Origin: Methanosphaera stadtmanae DSM 3091
GTDB taxonomy: Archaea > Methanobacteriota > Methanobacteria > Methanobacteriales > Methanobacteriaceae
DNA length: 32,000 nt
NCBI RefSeq assembly: GCF_000012545.1
Contig: NC_007681.1
Coordinates: forward strand, 1,560,001 to 1,592,000
Direction of reading: 5' to 3'
Under the pieces are notes generated by a model. That model was not told the origin of the DNA and ran no database searches. It worked only from the letters and a program-made list of their open reading frames with translations. A program made the position numbers and the translations under genes. This document shows positions 7,554 through 19,312 of the stretch, in pieces. The first letter of the stretch is position 1. Each line of letters opens with the position of its first letter.

Positions 7554-10500
7554 ATGAAGAATAAGATATTAATATCTTCAATAATATTAATAGTATTATT
7601 ACTAGGACTTTCAGCTATATCTGCAACAGACACAAATACAACAACACCAACAACTACTAATATCATAGAAAAACAGACACCAACAACTAGCACTCCTACT
7701 AACACTGATTATAAAGAAAAACAAGACATAACTAAAGAAGTAAAGTCCAGTATAAAAGATACTAAAAAAGAAATTACTCCAAAACAAGACATAACTAAAG
7801 AAGTTGTAACAACTAATAAAACATTAAAAACAAAAACATTAAAAACAACACCAGTAGAAAAAACTGTGAATAATTTTACTGAAATAGAAAAGGTTTTTAG
7901 TGAAATATCTCAAAAAAGCAGTTCTTATGAATGGATTATTAATTTAGAACCCGGAAATTATAGTTCCGAGGAGAGGATTTCTTGTGGTTCTTATCTAAAA
8001 GATGTAACAATTAATGGAAATAATCAAACTATTGATTTTGAATTTAATATGTATAATTATAATCTTACTTTTAATGACAGTATATTAACAAAATTTATAT
8101 ATGCAAAGAATTTAACTTTACATAATTGTACTGTTGATTCTAGTATTCGTGCTAATTACATAATTATTGATGATAATTGTATAATTAAAGAAAACACACT
8201 AATTGAAGAAGGAACTGTAATTACCAATAAAACAAACATAATAAATTATTATCGAACATATAATGGCAATTATACATTAAATAATTTTGAAATAAAAACT
8301 TCAAGAACAAATAATGGTAATTTAACTCTAAATAATTGTACATTAAATGCTAAGATGATGCAAAATAGAGGTAATTTAACTTTGAATAATTGTACATTAA
8401 ATGCAACTATTACTAATAGAGGTAATTTAACTATTAGTGATGATACCATATTAGGTAGTAATGCATTAATAAGTGGAAAAGGTATTATAATTACTAATAA
8501 AACCGATATTATCAAGTATATAGATACTTATAATGGTAATTATACATTCAATAATATTACTCTATCAGGTAGTAGATCTAATTATGGTAATTTAACTATT
8601 ATTAACTCTATACTTAATACTACCTTATCTAATTATGGTAATTTAACTATTATTAATTGTACCATGTCTGATATTTATGATGATAGAAATTGGGGTGGTC
8701 CTACTGGATTATTACGTAACCAGGGCGGTAATTTAATTATTATTAATTCTACTTTAACTAATAATAGTGCTAAATCAATAGGTTATGTAAATGTAATATA
8801 TAATAATGGTAAGAATAATGGTAATTTAACTCTTATTAATACTACTATGAGTAATAATAATATATCATGTATTTATTCAATAAAAGACTCTAAAGTTATT
8901 AATGTAGATAATTGTATTTTTAAAAATAATAATAGGATTGTTTTAAATTTAATTTCAGAAACAGATCATTTTAATGTTACTAATAGTCTTTTTGATAATA
9001 ATAATCAAGATATTTCAGTTAATGAATTAAATATTATAACTAATATATATAATTCTACTTTCACTAATGGTGGTAGTGGTGTATCTATATCTTCAAGAAA
9101 TTATACTACTATAGATAATTGTACTTTTAGAAACAAAAGTTGTGTAATTACAAACCAATATGAAATTGGTGATTGTTATGGAGCAGCTCTTTATTTGACT
9201 GGATGGTATTCTCTTATAAATAATACTATTTTCGAAAATAATTATATTCAATTTAATAGTTCTTGGGCTATGAGTGGTGGAGCTGCAATTGCTGGAAGTG
9301 GTATTCGAAATTTAACAGTAACTAATTGTATTTTTAAAGATAATAATATGAGTAGTGTTAAAGCACAGTATATGCCTCAATATGGTTTTGATGGTAGATA
9401 TTCTGGTTCTGGAGCAGATATTTATATGCAAACGTATTGGGGTAACTGTTTAATAGAAAATAATACTTTCACAAACAGTTATGCTAGTGGTTTTGCAGGA
9501 TCTGTTTTTATAAATAGTGGAAGTAGTTTAAATTTAAATACTACCTTTGTAAATAACACATTTAAAAATGTTTTATGTGCTAATGATACATTATTTATAA
9601 ATGTGACAAATGATAGTACAAGAACCATTATTGAAAATAATTCTTATGATAATTGTACAATAGCATTTAGTAATCTTACATTAAATAATCCTGGTAAAGT
9701 ATTTGTTAATGAAACTGCTAAAATAAATGGTAGTATCATATTAAAAAATCCAGAAAGTTATGATAAAGATATACTTAATAAAACAAAATATGCATTTTAT
9801 ATAGGAAAAAATTTGTATAAAATAGAAGATACTCTTAGTACTGAAATTACAAGAAACACAACTGATAATATTATTCTTTATGCAAAGCCAACAATAACAT
9901 CTAAAACTACTAACATACTAGTACTTAAATTATCACAACACCAATACTTAACAATTACACCAGAAAACTATGAGAGTTACATATTTAACAATGAATTAAT
10001 AGGTGTTGATGAAGATACTAATATCATATTTAAAGGAGACTTCATAAATAAAGGACAAATAAGCATAACAACACCAGGCATAATAATAAATGGTGAAAAT
10101 GCTACATTTACAAATACAAGTTTTGAACTTGATGATGTAAATATAACAATTAAAAACATGAAAATTAACAATACAGATACAACTGAATACACCATAAAAT
10201 CAGCAGGAAACAATAATAAAATAATAAACAATACAATCTACACATATAACACAAATGGTAAAACAGCAGCAATAGCAAATACAGGTGGAAGTAACATACT
10301 TATATCAAATAATACAGTAAAAGTATATGGTCCAGCATTAACTATTACATATGGAAGTGGAACATCTATAGCAAATACACAGGGAATATTATCTGTTGGT
10401 GGAGAAAATAATATAATATCAAAAAATAATGTTAAAGTATATAATAGTACAAATCCTGATGATAACCTCTACAGTACAATAGAAGGAATAACAGCACCAG

Positions 10501-11888
10501 GAAAAAGTAACAACATACTCATAATAAACAACAATGTAACAGTAACAGGAGGAAGATTTAATTATGGAATAAATACACTTGACCGTGTAAATAATACAAT
10601 AATTAAAGATAACAATATTCATGTAACAGGACACAGATATGTTAATGGAATACAAATGGGAAATAAAGCAACCAATTGTACAATAACAGGAAACAATATA
10701 ACAGGAATATGCTATAATACAACAACATTTACAGATGATAATGAACCATTAGCATATGGAATAATAACAACAAGTATGGGTGGAGGCAGAACAAACAACA
10801 TAACAATCACAAACAATAACATACAACTTAACTCATCAGTAATATATGGAATGGAAATATATCAAACATCAAATACAACAATAAACAACAATACAATACT
10901 TGGAAATGGAAACTATACAATGGGAATAGGACTAGCACACAGTGAAGATAATACAATAATAAACAATGAAATGATATTATATGGAAACAGTAACATAAAA
11001 ATAAATGATATAGTAGAAGAAATAAGACCAGCAAACACAGGAATACAAATACAACAAAACTCACATAACACACAAATAGACAACAATACAATAATAATAA
11101 AAGATATAGGACAACATGATTTAACAATAAACACCGAAAACTCAATAAAAAACACGACAATAACAAACAATAAACTAACAACAAGTACAAAAACAGGAAC
11201 AAGAACAATAAATACAAACTATGACACATATCTAGAAAACAATACAAGAGCAATAATCAACACAAAAATAGTATTAGAAACAATAAATGCACAAGTAGGA
11301 GATACTATCAACTTAAAAGCACATGTATACGACATATATGGAAATCCAATAAACACAGGCCGAGTAGTATTTAAAATAAATGGAAAAACAATAAAAGACA
11401 CCAATGGAAATATTATCTATGCAACAGTAAAAGATGGAATAGCAACAATAGAAAACTACACAGTACCAGCAAACTGGTTTAAAATAAAATCAGTACTAAA
11501 TGTAGTTTATGGTGGAACTAGCACATATGAACAAACAAGAACAAACAATACAATACCAATGAATATAACCAAAAAAACAGCTACAATGACAATGACAACA
11601 AACACTACAACAGCAAAACCAGGACAAACAATAAAAATAACAGTGAAAATAACAGAAAAAGATACTAATGTAAATGAAGGACGTGTCCTATTCAAGGTAA
11701 ATGGTAAAACCATGAGAGACAATGAGGGATATATAATTTACCATGAAGTAAAAGATGGACTAGTAACAATAACATACACAATACCAGAAAATGCAAGAGC
11801 ACAAGACTACACATTCACATGTGTATATGGAAACAAATTATACAATAGAAATGATGTAAACAGTACCATAACTGTAGTAAAAAACTAA
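7554..11888 (+). CDS. Asn/Thr-rich large secreted adhesin-like protein: parallel beta-helix repeats plus two C-terminal Ig-like repeats
   Basis: The track ORF begins at GTG 7545, but that GTG lies inside the Shine-Dalgarno-like AGTGAT (7544-7549), so ATG 7554 is preferred. Signal peptide MKNKILISSIILIVLLLGLSAISATD. Thr/Pro/Lys-rich linker. Many GNLT(L/I)xNC(T/S) and NN(T/I)I beta-helix-type repeats. C-terminal repeats contain G(R)V(V/L)FK(I/V)NGKT(I/M)(K/R)D. NxT/S sequons are very dense. Confidence 0.85.
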   Translation: MKNKILISSIILIVLLLGLSAISATDTNTTTPTTTNIIEKQTPTTSTPTNTDYKEKQDITKEVKSSIKDTKKEITPKQDITKEVVTTNKTLKTKTLKTTPVEKTVNNFTEIEKVFSEISQKSSSYEWIINLEPGNYSSEERISCGSYLKDVTINGNNQTIDFEFNMYNYNLTFNDSILTKFIYAKNLTLHNCTVDSSIRANYIIIDDNCIIKENTLIEEGTVITNKTNIINYYRTYNGNYTLNNFEIKTSRTNNGNLTLNNCTLNAKMMQNRGNLTLNNCTLNATITNRGNLTISDDTILGSNALISGKGIIITNKTDIIKYIDTYNGNYTFNNITLSGSRSNYGNLTIINSILNTTLSNYGNLTIINCTMSDIYDDRNWGGPTGLLRNQGGNLIIINSTLTNNSAKSIGYVNVIYNNGKNNGNLTLINTTMSNNNISCIYSIKDSKVINVDNCIFKNNNRIVLNLISETDHFNVTNSLFDNNNQDISVNELNIITNIYNSTFTNGGSGVSISSRNYTTIDNCTFRNKSCVITNQYEIGDCYGAALYLTGWYSLINNTIFENNYIQFNSSWAMSGGAAIAGSGIRNLTVTNCIFKDNNMSSVKAQYMPQYGFDGRYSGSGADIYMQTYWGNCLIENNTFTNSYASGFAGSVFINSGSSLNLNTTFVNNTFKNVLCANDTLFINVTNDSTRTIIENNSYDNCTIAFSNLTLNNPGKVFVNETAKINGSIILKNPESYDKDILNKTKYAFYIGKNLYKIEDTLSTEITRNTTDNIILYAKPTITSKTTNILVLKLSQHQYLTITPENYESYIFNNELIGVDEDTNIIFKGDFINKGQISITTPGIIINGENATFTNTSFELDDVNITIKNMKINNTDTTEYTIKSAGNNNKIINNTIYTYNTNGKTAAIANTGGSNILISNNTVKVYGPALTITYGSGTSIANTQGILSVGGENNIISKNNVKVYNSTNPDDNLYSTIEGITAPGKSNNILIINNNVTVTGGRFNYGINTLDRVNNTIIKDNNIHVTGHRYVNGIQMGNKATNCTITGNNITGICYNTTTFTDDNEPLAYGIITTSMGGGRTNNITITNNNIQLNSSVIYGMEIYQTSNTTINNNTILGNGNYTMGIGLAHSEDNTIINNEMILYGNSNIKINDIVEEIRPANTGIQIQQNSHNTQIDNNTIIIKDIGQHDLTINTENSIKNTTITNNKLTTSTKTGTRTINTNYDTYLENNTRAIINTKIVLETINAQVGDTINLKAHVYDIYGNPINTGRVVFKINGKTIKDTNGNIIYATVKDGIATIENYTVPANWFKIKSVLNVVYGGTSTYEQTRTNNTIPMNITKKTATMTMTTNTTTAKPGQTIKITVKITEKDTNVNEGRVLFKVNGKTMRDNEGYIIYHEVKDGLVTITYTIPENARAQDYTFTCVYGNKLYNRNDVNSTITVVKN

Positions 11889-12028
11889 AATTTTTAACAA
11901 AGTAAGAGAATATATTTTTTTCCTACTTTTCCATTTTTTTTTAATTCACACCTATTTAATCACATATTAATAAATCACTGCCAGAAACTTAATTTAGCCC
12001 CTTAGATAGATCATTGTTGACCTAACTG

Positions 12029-12738
<710 letters not shown>

Positions 12739-13350
12739 TTATTTTAAAATTAGCTTTTAATAACCTGTTGACTAAATTAACAATTTGTTCAAAGACATAC
12801 TTGAAAAATTAGGTTTGAATGGAAGATACTGTTGGAACATGACCCATATTACATAATTTTCTTAATTTAGAATTATTATTTAGCCAAACAACAAAAGATA
12901 ATTCATAATTAAAAAAATACACACAACCATGTTTTTAAATTATTAACAAAAGTTCTAACATAACATCACAAAAGAAGCTATGATCTCATGAATTTTTCTA
13001 GAACAAATAAAATTAAATATTTCTTTTAACATACAATAAAGAGTTTTTTTTACTAAAATACATATGATATTTCATCTTATCACCAATATAATAGATTTAC
13101 ATTAGTACCTTTTACTATTAGAATATCCTGATCATTTTTTACATAAAATAAACATCTAATAATACTGTATTATTATAAAAAACTAATTTTAACAAAAATA
13201 TTAAGAATATAGTTCTGGATTATTATAAACTTAAATCAAATGAGCTAAACTATATTTATTATAAAGTTTTAATATATTAACATATTCAAAAAATATTTAT
13301 TAATTTTTAAATTTTTTGAATTAAATCAAAATAACAAAAAGTGATAACTT

Positions 13351-16300
13351 ATGAGAAATCAGAAATCATTTATTTTTGTTATGACTCTCATGGTTTTACT
13401 TATTGGATTAACTGCAATTAGTGCAGCAGATACAAGTAACACTACAATTACTAGTGATGTTGCTACTCCTACAGTTAATACACATACTAGTGATTTAAAT
13501 AAGATTGCTAGTGATAATAGCGATGTAAAATCTTTGAAAACAGAAACAAAAATAGTAAAAAAAATAGATAATACAAAAATTATTAATGAAAAATCAAAAG
13601 AAACAAAAACCATAAAAACAACATCCACCAACACTCAAGTTAATATAAACAATACTAACTTCGATGATTACTTCTCAAATGAAGGATTTATAGGTGGAAT
13701 AGACAATGGTTATACTCTTAACTTCATAACAGATGTTTCACGTAATAATAAAACATATGTACTTGATAAACAAGTAACAATCAATGGTGCAGCCCACACA
13801 TTAACATTAAATACAACCTCTGGTAGTTACTATGGTAATGAAACTGGTGGTGCTTTCATAATAGATCATGGAGCTAGTGGAACACAATTATCCAATCTTA
13901 ACTTCTACAACACACAAGTATTTGTTAGAAATACAACTAATGTTACAGTAAGTAACGTGAATGTAACAGTAGAAAACCAGAGAATTGGACAAGGAGTAGG
14001 AGTATTCTCAATAAGAGATAATGCAAGTTATGTAACAGTAGAAAACTCAAACTTCAAAACAACAAATAACAATGGAAGTAGTACATTAGTACTTGCATGG
14101 GCAAACAACTGTACACTTATAAATAACACAATAACAGGTACAGGTAATGTGGGAAATCTCATATATCTTACAACATACAATGTACAAGGACAATCATATA
14201 CTGATATTACATTAAATAGAGGAAACAGAATTATAAACAACACTGTAAGAGGACCTGTTAACTCTGGTTTATGTTATGGTATTACCTTAAGTGGTGGAGA
14301 TAACTTTGTAGAAAATAATACAATATATCATCAAGGACAAGGTATCACAACACAATGGATGAGTACAAGCAGTATAGACTGGACTATTGGAGATAACTAT
14401 GATAGATACACAGGAAACACATATAAAAACAACAAATTATACAATGGATCAAGTTTCACAGCATCATTAAACAGTACAATAGAAAACAATACTTGTAGTG
14501 GAACTGTAATCTCTGGAGTAAACAGTACATTAAAAAACAATGCCTTTACAGGAGTTGTGAGTTTACAATCTGGTTCAAATGCAACTGAAAATACTATAAC
14601 AACCCTAAAAGCATTAGGTAATAATACAATCATTGGAAACAATATTACATTACTTAATATTACAGGTTCAAACGTAGCAATGATAAACAACACGGGAGAT
14701 AGTTTATATGTAAAAAGTGGATTAACAAATATAACCTCATGTAATGATGATTTTATATTTGTAGAAAATAACCCAAGCATTACTCCATGTAATCACACAC
14801 ATGATACTAATATCAGAAAAAGTAAATCTTTAAAACGTGACGATATTGAATGGTTTGAGGTAACAATTACTAAAGATAATTATTTAGACTATATTCAGTA
14901 TGAAACAGCGCTTAAAATTTCAATTTTCCTAAAACATCCATATAGTAGAATTTATATAGAAAGTTTACCTACACCTGGATTATATTTGGGAATGGCTAGT
15001 AAAAGAATGGCAGGTTATGTGTATGAAATTATTGGAATAAATAATTGTACTTTGAATAATTTCCAAATAAATATAGCTAATAGTATTAACAGTAATATTA
15101 CTATAGCTAATATGACATTGACTTATAATACTATGTTTGATGATGCATCAAAAATGCTTGCAATAAGTTCTAGAAAAAATTCTAATGTTCTTTTAGAAAA
15201 TATAACTATTAAAGCAGAATATGAAGATAGTGTTGATAGTGATATTTGTCCAATAAATAGAATATGTGATGATGAAACTAAGGTTACAATAAATAATTGT
15301 AATATTACACTAAATGTTAATGAATTTAATAATCCTGCTGAATATACTATATCAGCCATCAACTTGCAAAACAGTAATAATATAATAAGTAACTGTAATA
15401 TTAATGCAAGTGTACCATCAAATCAAATTAACTGGGATAAGACCAATCATCCTGCAAGTATGGTTATATACGGCCGAGGTTCAAATACAACTTTAAAAAA
15501 TAATAACATTACAATAACAGAATCACAAGCTCTAGATGACCGCTTTAATACATTATATGGAATTCTTTTATCAAGTAACAATACAGTTGTTAATAATACA
15601 ATTAATATAACTGGAACAGAATATCTTTATTCAATTCAAGTAAGAGGATCTAATAACAATATTTCAAATAACAACATTAATTTAACTTCACGTAATTACC
15701 TCTCTGGTATTATGATAGAAGGTGTTGGTATGAGTAATAACACCATAGCAAATAATAACATCATATTCAATGGTGGTAACAGATCAGGTGATCCTAGTAC
15801 ACATGCTGAAGATTCAGTATATGGTATAAGTATACAGAACTTTGGATATGGAGGTTCTGATTATATACCAGGTTCAGGTAATGTAACAAATAATAAAGTT
15901 ATTAACAATACAATTACAGGTACTGGATATAATGTATATGCATTTGAACAGTTTGGTGGAGATAACACAACAGTAGTAAATAACACAATCAATTTAACAG
16001 CCCATACACCAATGGCTATTGGTATTATTGGAGCATACTCAAATGTAACAGGAAACAACATCATAGTAGATGGTGCAGATAATGCTACATACTCCTCAGC
16101 AGACTATCTTAAACCAAGAACAACAGGTATATACTTTGCATATGGACAAGAAAACAATGCAATTAACAATACAATAAACAGCCAAAACAATGCAGGAATA
16201 ATCATAGACCGTGAAACAAGCGATATAATAAGATATAACACAGTAAAATCATTAAACAACACATATGCAGTAACAGTAACTGGAAATAATCATCAAGTAA

Positions 16301-17325
16301 CAGATAATAGTTTAGTTGCTAAAGAATTATCTGGTGATAATTCAGTACTAGCTACTGGTGAAAATAACACAATTAAAGATAATACTGGAAAAAATATTGA
16401 ATATGTAAATATCAATGTAGATTCAGCTATTATTGGTACAGTTAACACTCCTATTGCCGTAGTTGTTAATGTTACAACAACTGACGGTTCTAAAGTAGGG
16501 GAAGGATTTGTTAGATTAACTGATAATAAAGGTAATATTATTGCTGGAGCAACAGTAGTTGATGGTAGTGCTACAATATACACCACATTTACAACAGCTC
16601 GTGCAAGAAACATACAAGTAGATTATGTTGGAACAGATACTTATGCTCCACAAACAGCTACTACCATGATTATTGTTAACAAAGCAAGTGGTAAAGATAT
16701 GCTTTTCACATTAAATCCAGTAACTGCTAAAATTAATGATACAATATCAATATCTGCTACATTAACAAATATAAATGGTACTGCTATTAATGGTGGAGTT
16801 GTAATCTTCAAAGTAAATGGTAGAACATTAAGAGATAATGATGGTAACATAATTTATGCTAAAGTAGTAGATGGTGTAGCTATGATAGATAATTTCATAG
16901 TACCAAAAGGATGGGCAAAATCAAGTATTACATTCACTGCTAAATATGGTGGAAATAATGAATATAGCTCTATTATGACAAATGCTACTATGAATATTAC
17001 AAAATCTGTTGCTAAAGTAGAAATTACATCTAATACAAATGTAGTAGCAGGAAAACCAGCAACATTCTCAGTAAAAGTTACAAGTGATGATAAACCAGTA
17101 AATGGTGGAACTGTAATATTTAAAATTAATGGTAAAACATTAAGAGATACTGATGGTAATATTATACAAGCTAATGTTGTAGATGGAGTTGCAACAATCA
17201 ACTACACAATACCACAAAACATGGCTGCAAAAGAATATAACTTCACATGTGTATTTGGAAACTCATTATATGAACGTAGTGATGTTAACAGTACACTTAC
17301 TGTTGTTGAAGAAAATTTTATTTAA
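13351..17325 (+). CDS. Asn/Thr-rich large secreted adhesin-like protein: beta-helix repeats plus three C-terminal Ig-like repeats; paralog of 7554-11888
   Basis: AGTGAT (13340-13345) lies 5 nt before the ATG. The signal peptide MRNQKSFIFVMTLMVLLIGLTAISAAD resembles that of the first gene. NNT(I/V) repeat ladders are present. The C-terminal repeats VIFKVNGRTLRDNDGNIIYAKVVDG and YNFTCVFGNSLYERSDVNSTLTVV are clearly homologous to the first gene's C-terminus. Confidence 0.85.
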   Translation: MRNQKSFIFVMTLMVLLIGLTAISAADTSNTTITSDVATPTVNTHTSDLNKIASDNSDVKSLKTETKIVKKIDNTKIINEKSKETKTIKTTSTNTQVNINNTNFDDYFSNEGFIGGIDNGYTLNFITDVSRNNKTYVLDKQVTINGAAHTLTLNTTSGSYYGNETGGAFIIDHGASGTQLSNLNFYNTQVFVRNTTNVTVSNVNVTVENQRIGQGVGVFSIRDNASYVTVENSNFKTTNNNGSSTLVLAWANNCTLINNTITGTGNVGNLIYLTTYNVQGQSYTDITLNRGNRIINNTVRGPVNSGLCYGITLSGGDNFVENNTIYHQGQGITTQWMSTSSIDWTIGDNYDRYTGNTYKNNKLYNGSSFTASLNSTIENNTCSGTVISGVNSTLKNNAFTGVVSLQSGSNATENTITTLKALGNNTIIGNNITLLNITGSNVAMINNTGDSLYVKSGLTNITSCNDDFIFVENNPSITPCNHTHDTNIRKSKSLKRDDIEWFEVTITKDNYLDYIQYETALKISIFLKHPYSRIYIESLPTPGLYLGMASKRMAGYVYEIIGINNCTLNNFQINIANSINSNITIANMTLTYNTMFDDASKMLAISSRKNSNVLLENITIKAEYEDSVDSDICPINRICDDETKVTINNCNITLNVNEFNNPAEYTISAINLQNSNNIISNCNINASVPSNQINWDKTNHPASMVIYGRGSNTTLKNNNITITESQALDDRFNTLYGILLSSNNTVVNNTINITGTEYLYSIQVRGSNNNISNNNINLTSRNYLSGIMIEGVGMSNNTIANNNIIFNGGNRSGDPSTHAEDSVYGISIQNFGYGGSDYIPGSGNVTNNKVINNTITGTGYNVYAFEQFGGDNTTVVNNTINLTAHTPMAIGIIGAYSNVTGNNIIVDGADNATYSSADYLKPRTTGIYFAYGQENNAINNTINSQNNAGIIIDRETSDIIRYNTVKSLNNTYAVTVTGNNHQVTDNSLVAKELSGDNSVLATGENNTIKDNTGKNIEYVNINVDSAIIGTVNTPIAVVVNVTTTDGSKVGEGFVRLTDNKGNIIAGATVVDGSATIYTTFTTARARNIQVDYVGTDTYAPQTATTMIIVNKASGKDMLFTLNPVTAKINDTISISATLTNINGTAINGGVVIFKVNGRTLRDNDGNIIYAKVVDGVAMIDNFIVPKGWAKSSITFTAKYGGNNEYSSIMTNATMNITKSVAKVEITSNTNVVAGKPATFSVKVTSDDKPVNGGTVIFKINGKTLRDTDGNIIQANVVDGVATINYTIPQNMAAKEYNFTCVFGNSLYERSDVNSTLTVVEENFI

Positions 17326-17342
17326 ATTTCTTTAGCCATGAT

Positions 17343-17369
17343 GAGAGAATAGTTTTATCTATTTCTCTC
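17343..17369 (+). terminator. Hairpin plus T-run downstream of the second adhesin-like gene
   Basis: GAGAGAATAG-ttttat-CTATTTCTCTC (one bulged T) is followed by aaatttttt. It begins 18 nt after the stop codon. Confidence 0.5.
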
Positions 17370-17567
17370 AAATTTTTTAAAAAAATGTTTATTATAGAAA
17401 TCTTATTTTTTAGAAATTCATATCTATTTTACCTATACAATCATTTTTCATACCCCTTTTATTAATACTTGTTTTATTTAAAAATTTTATATTAACAATT
17501 CAATATATATTATAAATAATTAAGATTATGGTCTGGCTTTAAATAGATTAAAAGAAGATGATTTATT

Positions 17568-18332
17568 ATGAGTTTAGAAATTATAGGTGTGGAGAATTTT
17601 CCAATTATTGAAGAAAATGATGATTTAGCTAGAATAATATGTGATACACTTAATTATAATAATATTAAGTTAGAAGATGATGATGTTTTAGTTCTTGCAG
17701 AGACTGTTGTATCTAAAGCTGAAGGAAATTATGTTAAGATTGAGGATGTTGTTGTTTCAGATAAAGCAAAAGACATTTCTTTAAAATCAGGAAAAGATGC
17801 TAAACAATGTCAAATTATTCTTGATAATACTAAAAAAATTATTAGATGTCAAACTGGACTTATTATAACAGAAACCCCTCATGGTTTTATCTGTGCTAAT
17901 TCTGGAATTGATAATAGTAACTGTAGAGAAGGTTATGTTACACCCCTTCCAGTGGATGCTGATAGAAGTGCAAGATGTATAAAAAAATATCTTGATGAAG
18001 TCTTTGATGTGGATGTTAGTGTTATTATCTCTGATACACAGGGCAGACCATGGCGTGTTGGTGCTGTTGGTGTTGCTATTGGTATCAGTGGTATTCATCC
18101 TTGTACTGATTTTAGAGGAAGTAGCGATTTGTATGGTCAAGAATTGATGAGTACAATTGAAGGTACTGCTGATGAACTTGCTAGTGCTGCATCCTTAGTT
18201 ATGGGTCAATCTGATAATGGTATTTGTCTTGTTTTAATTAGAGGTTATGATAATTCCTTAGTAAAATGCGCTATTGATGAGGCAAGTATTATTGAATCTA
18301 TTCGCGATGAAGAAACTGATGTGTTTAGGTAG
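17568..18332 (+). CDS. cofE: Coenzyme F420-0:L-glutamate ligase
   Basis: CofE-like blocks LVLAETVVSKAEG, GFICANSGIDNSN and ISDTQGRPWRVGAVGVAIG. The 254-aa size fits, and cofD follows directly. Confidence 0.85.
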   Translation: MSLEIIGVENFPIIEENDDLARIICDTLNYNNIKLEDDDVLVLAETVVSKAEGNYVKIEDVVVSDKAKDISLKSGKDAKQCQIILDNTKKIIRCQTGLIITETPHGFICANSGIDNSNCREGYVTPLPVDADRSARCIKKYLDEVFDVDVSVIISDTQGRPWRVGAVGVAIGISGIHPCTDFRGSSDLYGQELMSTIEGTADELASAASLVMGQSDNGICLVLIRGYDNSLVKCAIDEASIIESIRDEETDVFR

Positions 18333-18339
18333 TGTTACT

Positions 18340-19236
18340 ATGATTACTGTTTTATCTGGCGGAACTGGTACTCCTAAATTATTACAAGGTATTAAAGAAA
18401 TTATTAAAGCCAAAGACTTAACTGTTATTGTAAATACTTTGGAAAATAATTATTTTTCTGGAGTTTATGTTAGTGCTGATGTTGATACTGTTATGTACAC
18501 ATTGTGTGATTTAATTAATGACAAAACATGGTATGGACGTGTTGATGATACATTTTATACACATGAAGTATTAGAAGAATTAGGTTTTCATGAAACACTT
18601 CGTATTGGTGATAAAGACAGGGCATTAAAAATACAGAAGACTGAATTACTCAAAGAATATTCATTACAAGATGTTGTTAAAATACAGAAGAATGCTCTTG
18701 GTATTGAATCTACCATTTTACCAATGAGCAATACACAACCCCATGTTACTATTGACACTGATGAGGGTATGCTGTCATTTCATGACTTTCTAATTACACG
18801 CCAATCAAAACCTCATGTAAATGATGTTATATATTCTCCTGTTGAAGCTGCTGATGGTGTTATTGAATCTATTGAAAATAGTGATACTGTAATAATTGGA
18901 CCTTCAAATCCTATAACATCCATTAATCCAATAATCAATATGCCTGGTGTGAAAAAAGCTTTGAAAAATGTTTATGTTACAAGTGTATCTCCATTTATAA
19001 GTAATAATGCTATTAGTGGTCCTGCTAGTAAATTTATGATGGCAAAAGGATACAGTAATGATTGTGTTGGAGTAGCTTCAATTTATAAAGATTTTCTTAA
19101 TCATTATATAATAAATAATACAGATGACAAATATAAACATATTATAGAAAATGAAATACCTAAAGTATCATTAGAGAATATAATTTTAAAAACAATGGAA
19201 GATAAAATCAAACTAGCAAAAATGATACTTGAATAA
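18340..19236 (+). CDS. cofD: 2-phospho-L-lactate transferase (LPPG:FO transferase)
   Basis: The conserved N-terminus MITVLSGGTGTPKLLQG begins at ATG 18340, 7 nt after the cofE stop. The track ORF start at 18274 would overlap cofE. A later IIGPSNPITSI block is typical of CofD. Confidence 0.85.
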   Translation: MITVLSGGTGTPKLLQGIKEIIKAKDLTVIVNTLENNYFSGVYVSADVDTVMYTLCDLINDKTWYGRVDDTFYTHEVLEELGFHETLRIGDKDRALKIQKTELLKEYSLQDVVKIQKNALGIESTILPMSNTQPHVTIDTDEGMLSFHDFLITRQSKPHVNDVIYSPVEAADGVIESIENSDTVIIGPSNPITSINPIINMPGVKKALKNVYVTSVSPFISNNAISGPASKFMMAKGYSNDCVGVASIYKDFLNHYIINNTDDKYKHIIENEIPKVSLENIILKTMEDKIKLAKMILE

Positions 19237-19312
19237 ATAATTATAATTTAAATTCATATATTGAAGTAAAAAATTGGAGAAAATTTTTTTAAAGAATAAT
19301 AAAAGTGATTGA

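Noticed and set aside
18274-18339. Upstream extension of the cofD ORF overlapping the end of cofE
   Set aside because: The conserved CofD N-terminus (MITVLSGGTG) starts at ATG 18340, just after the cofE stop. The extension (MMRQVLLNLFAMKKLMCLGSVT) is simply the cofE 3' end read in another frame.
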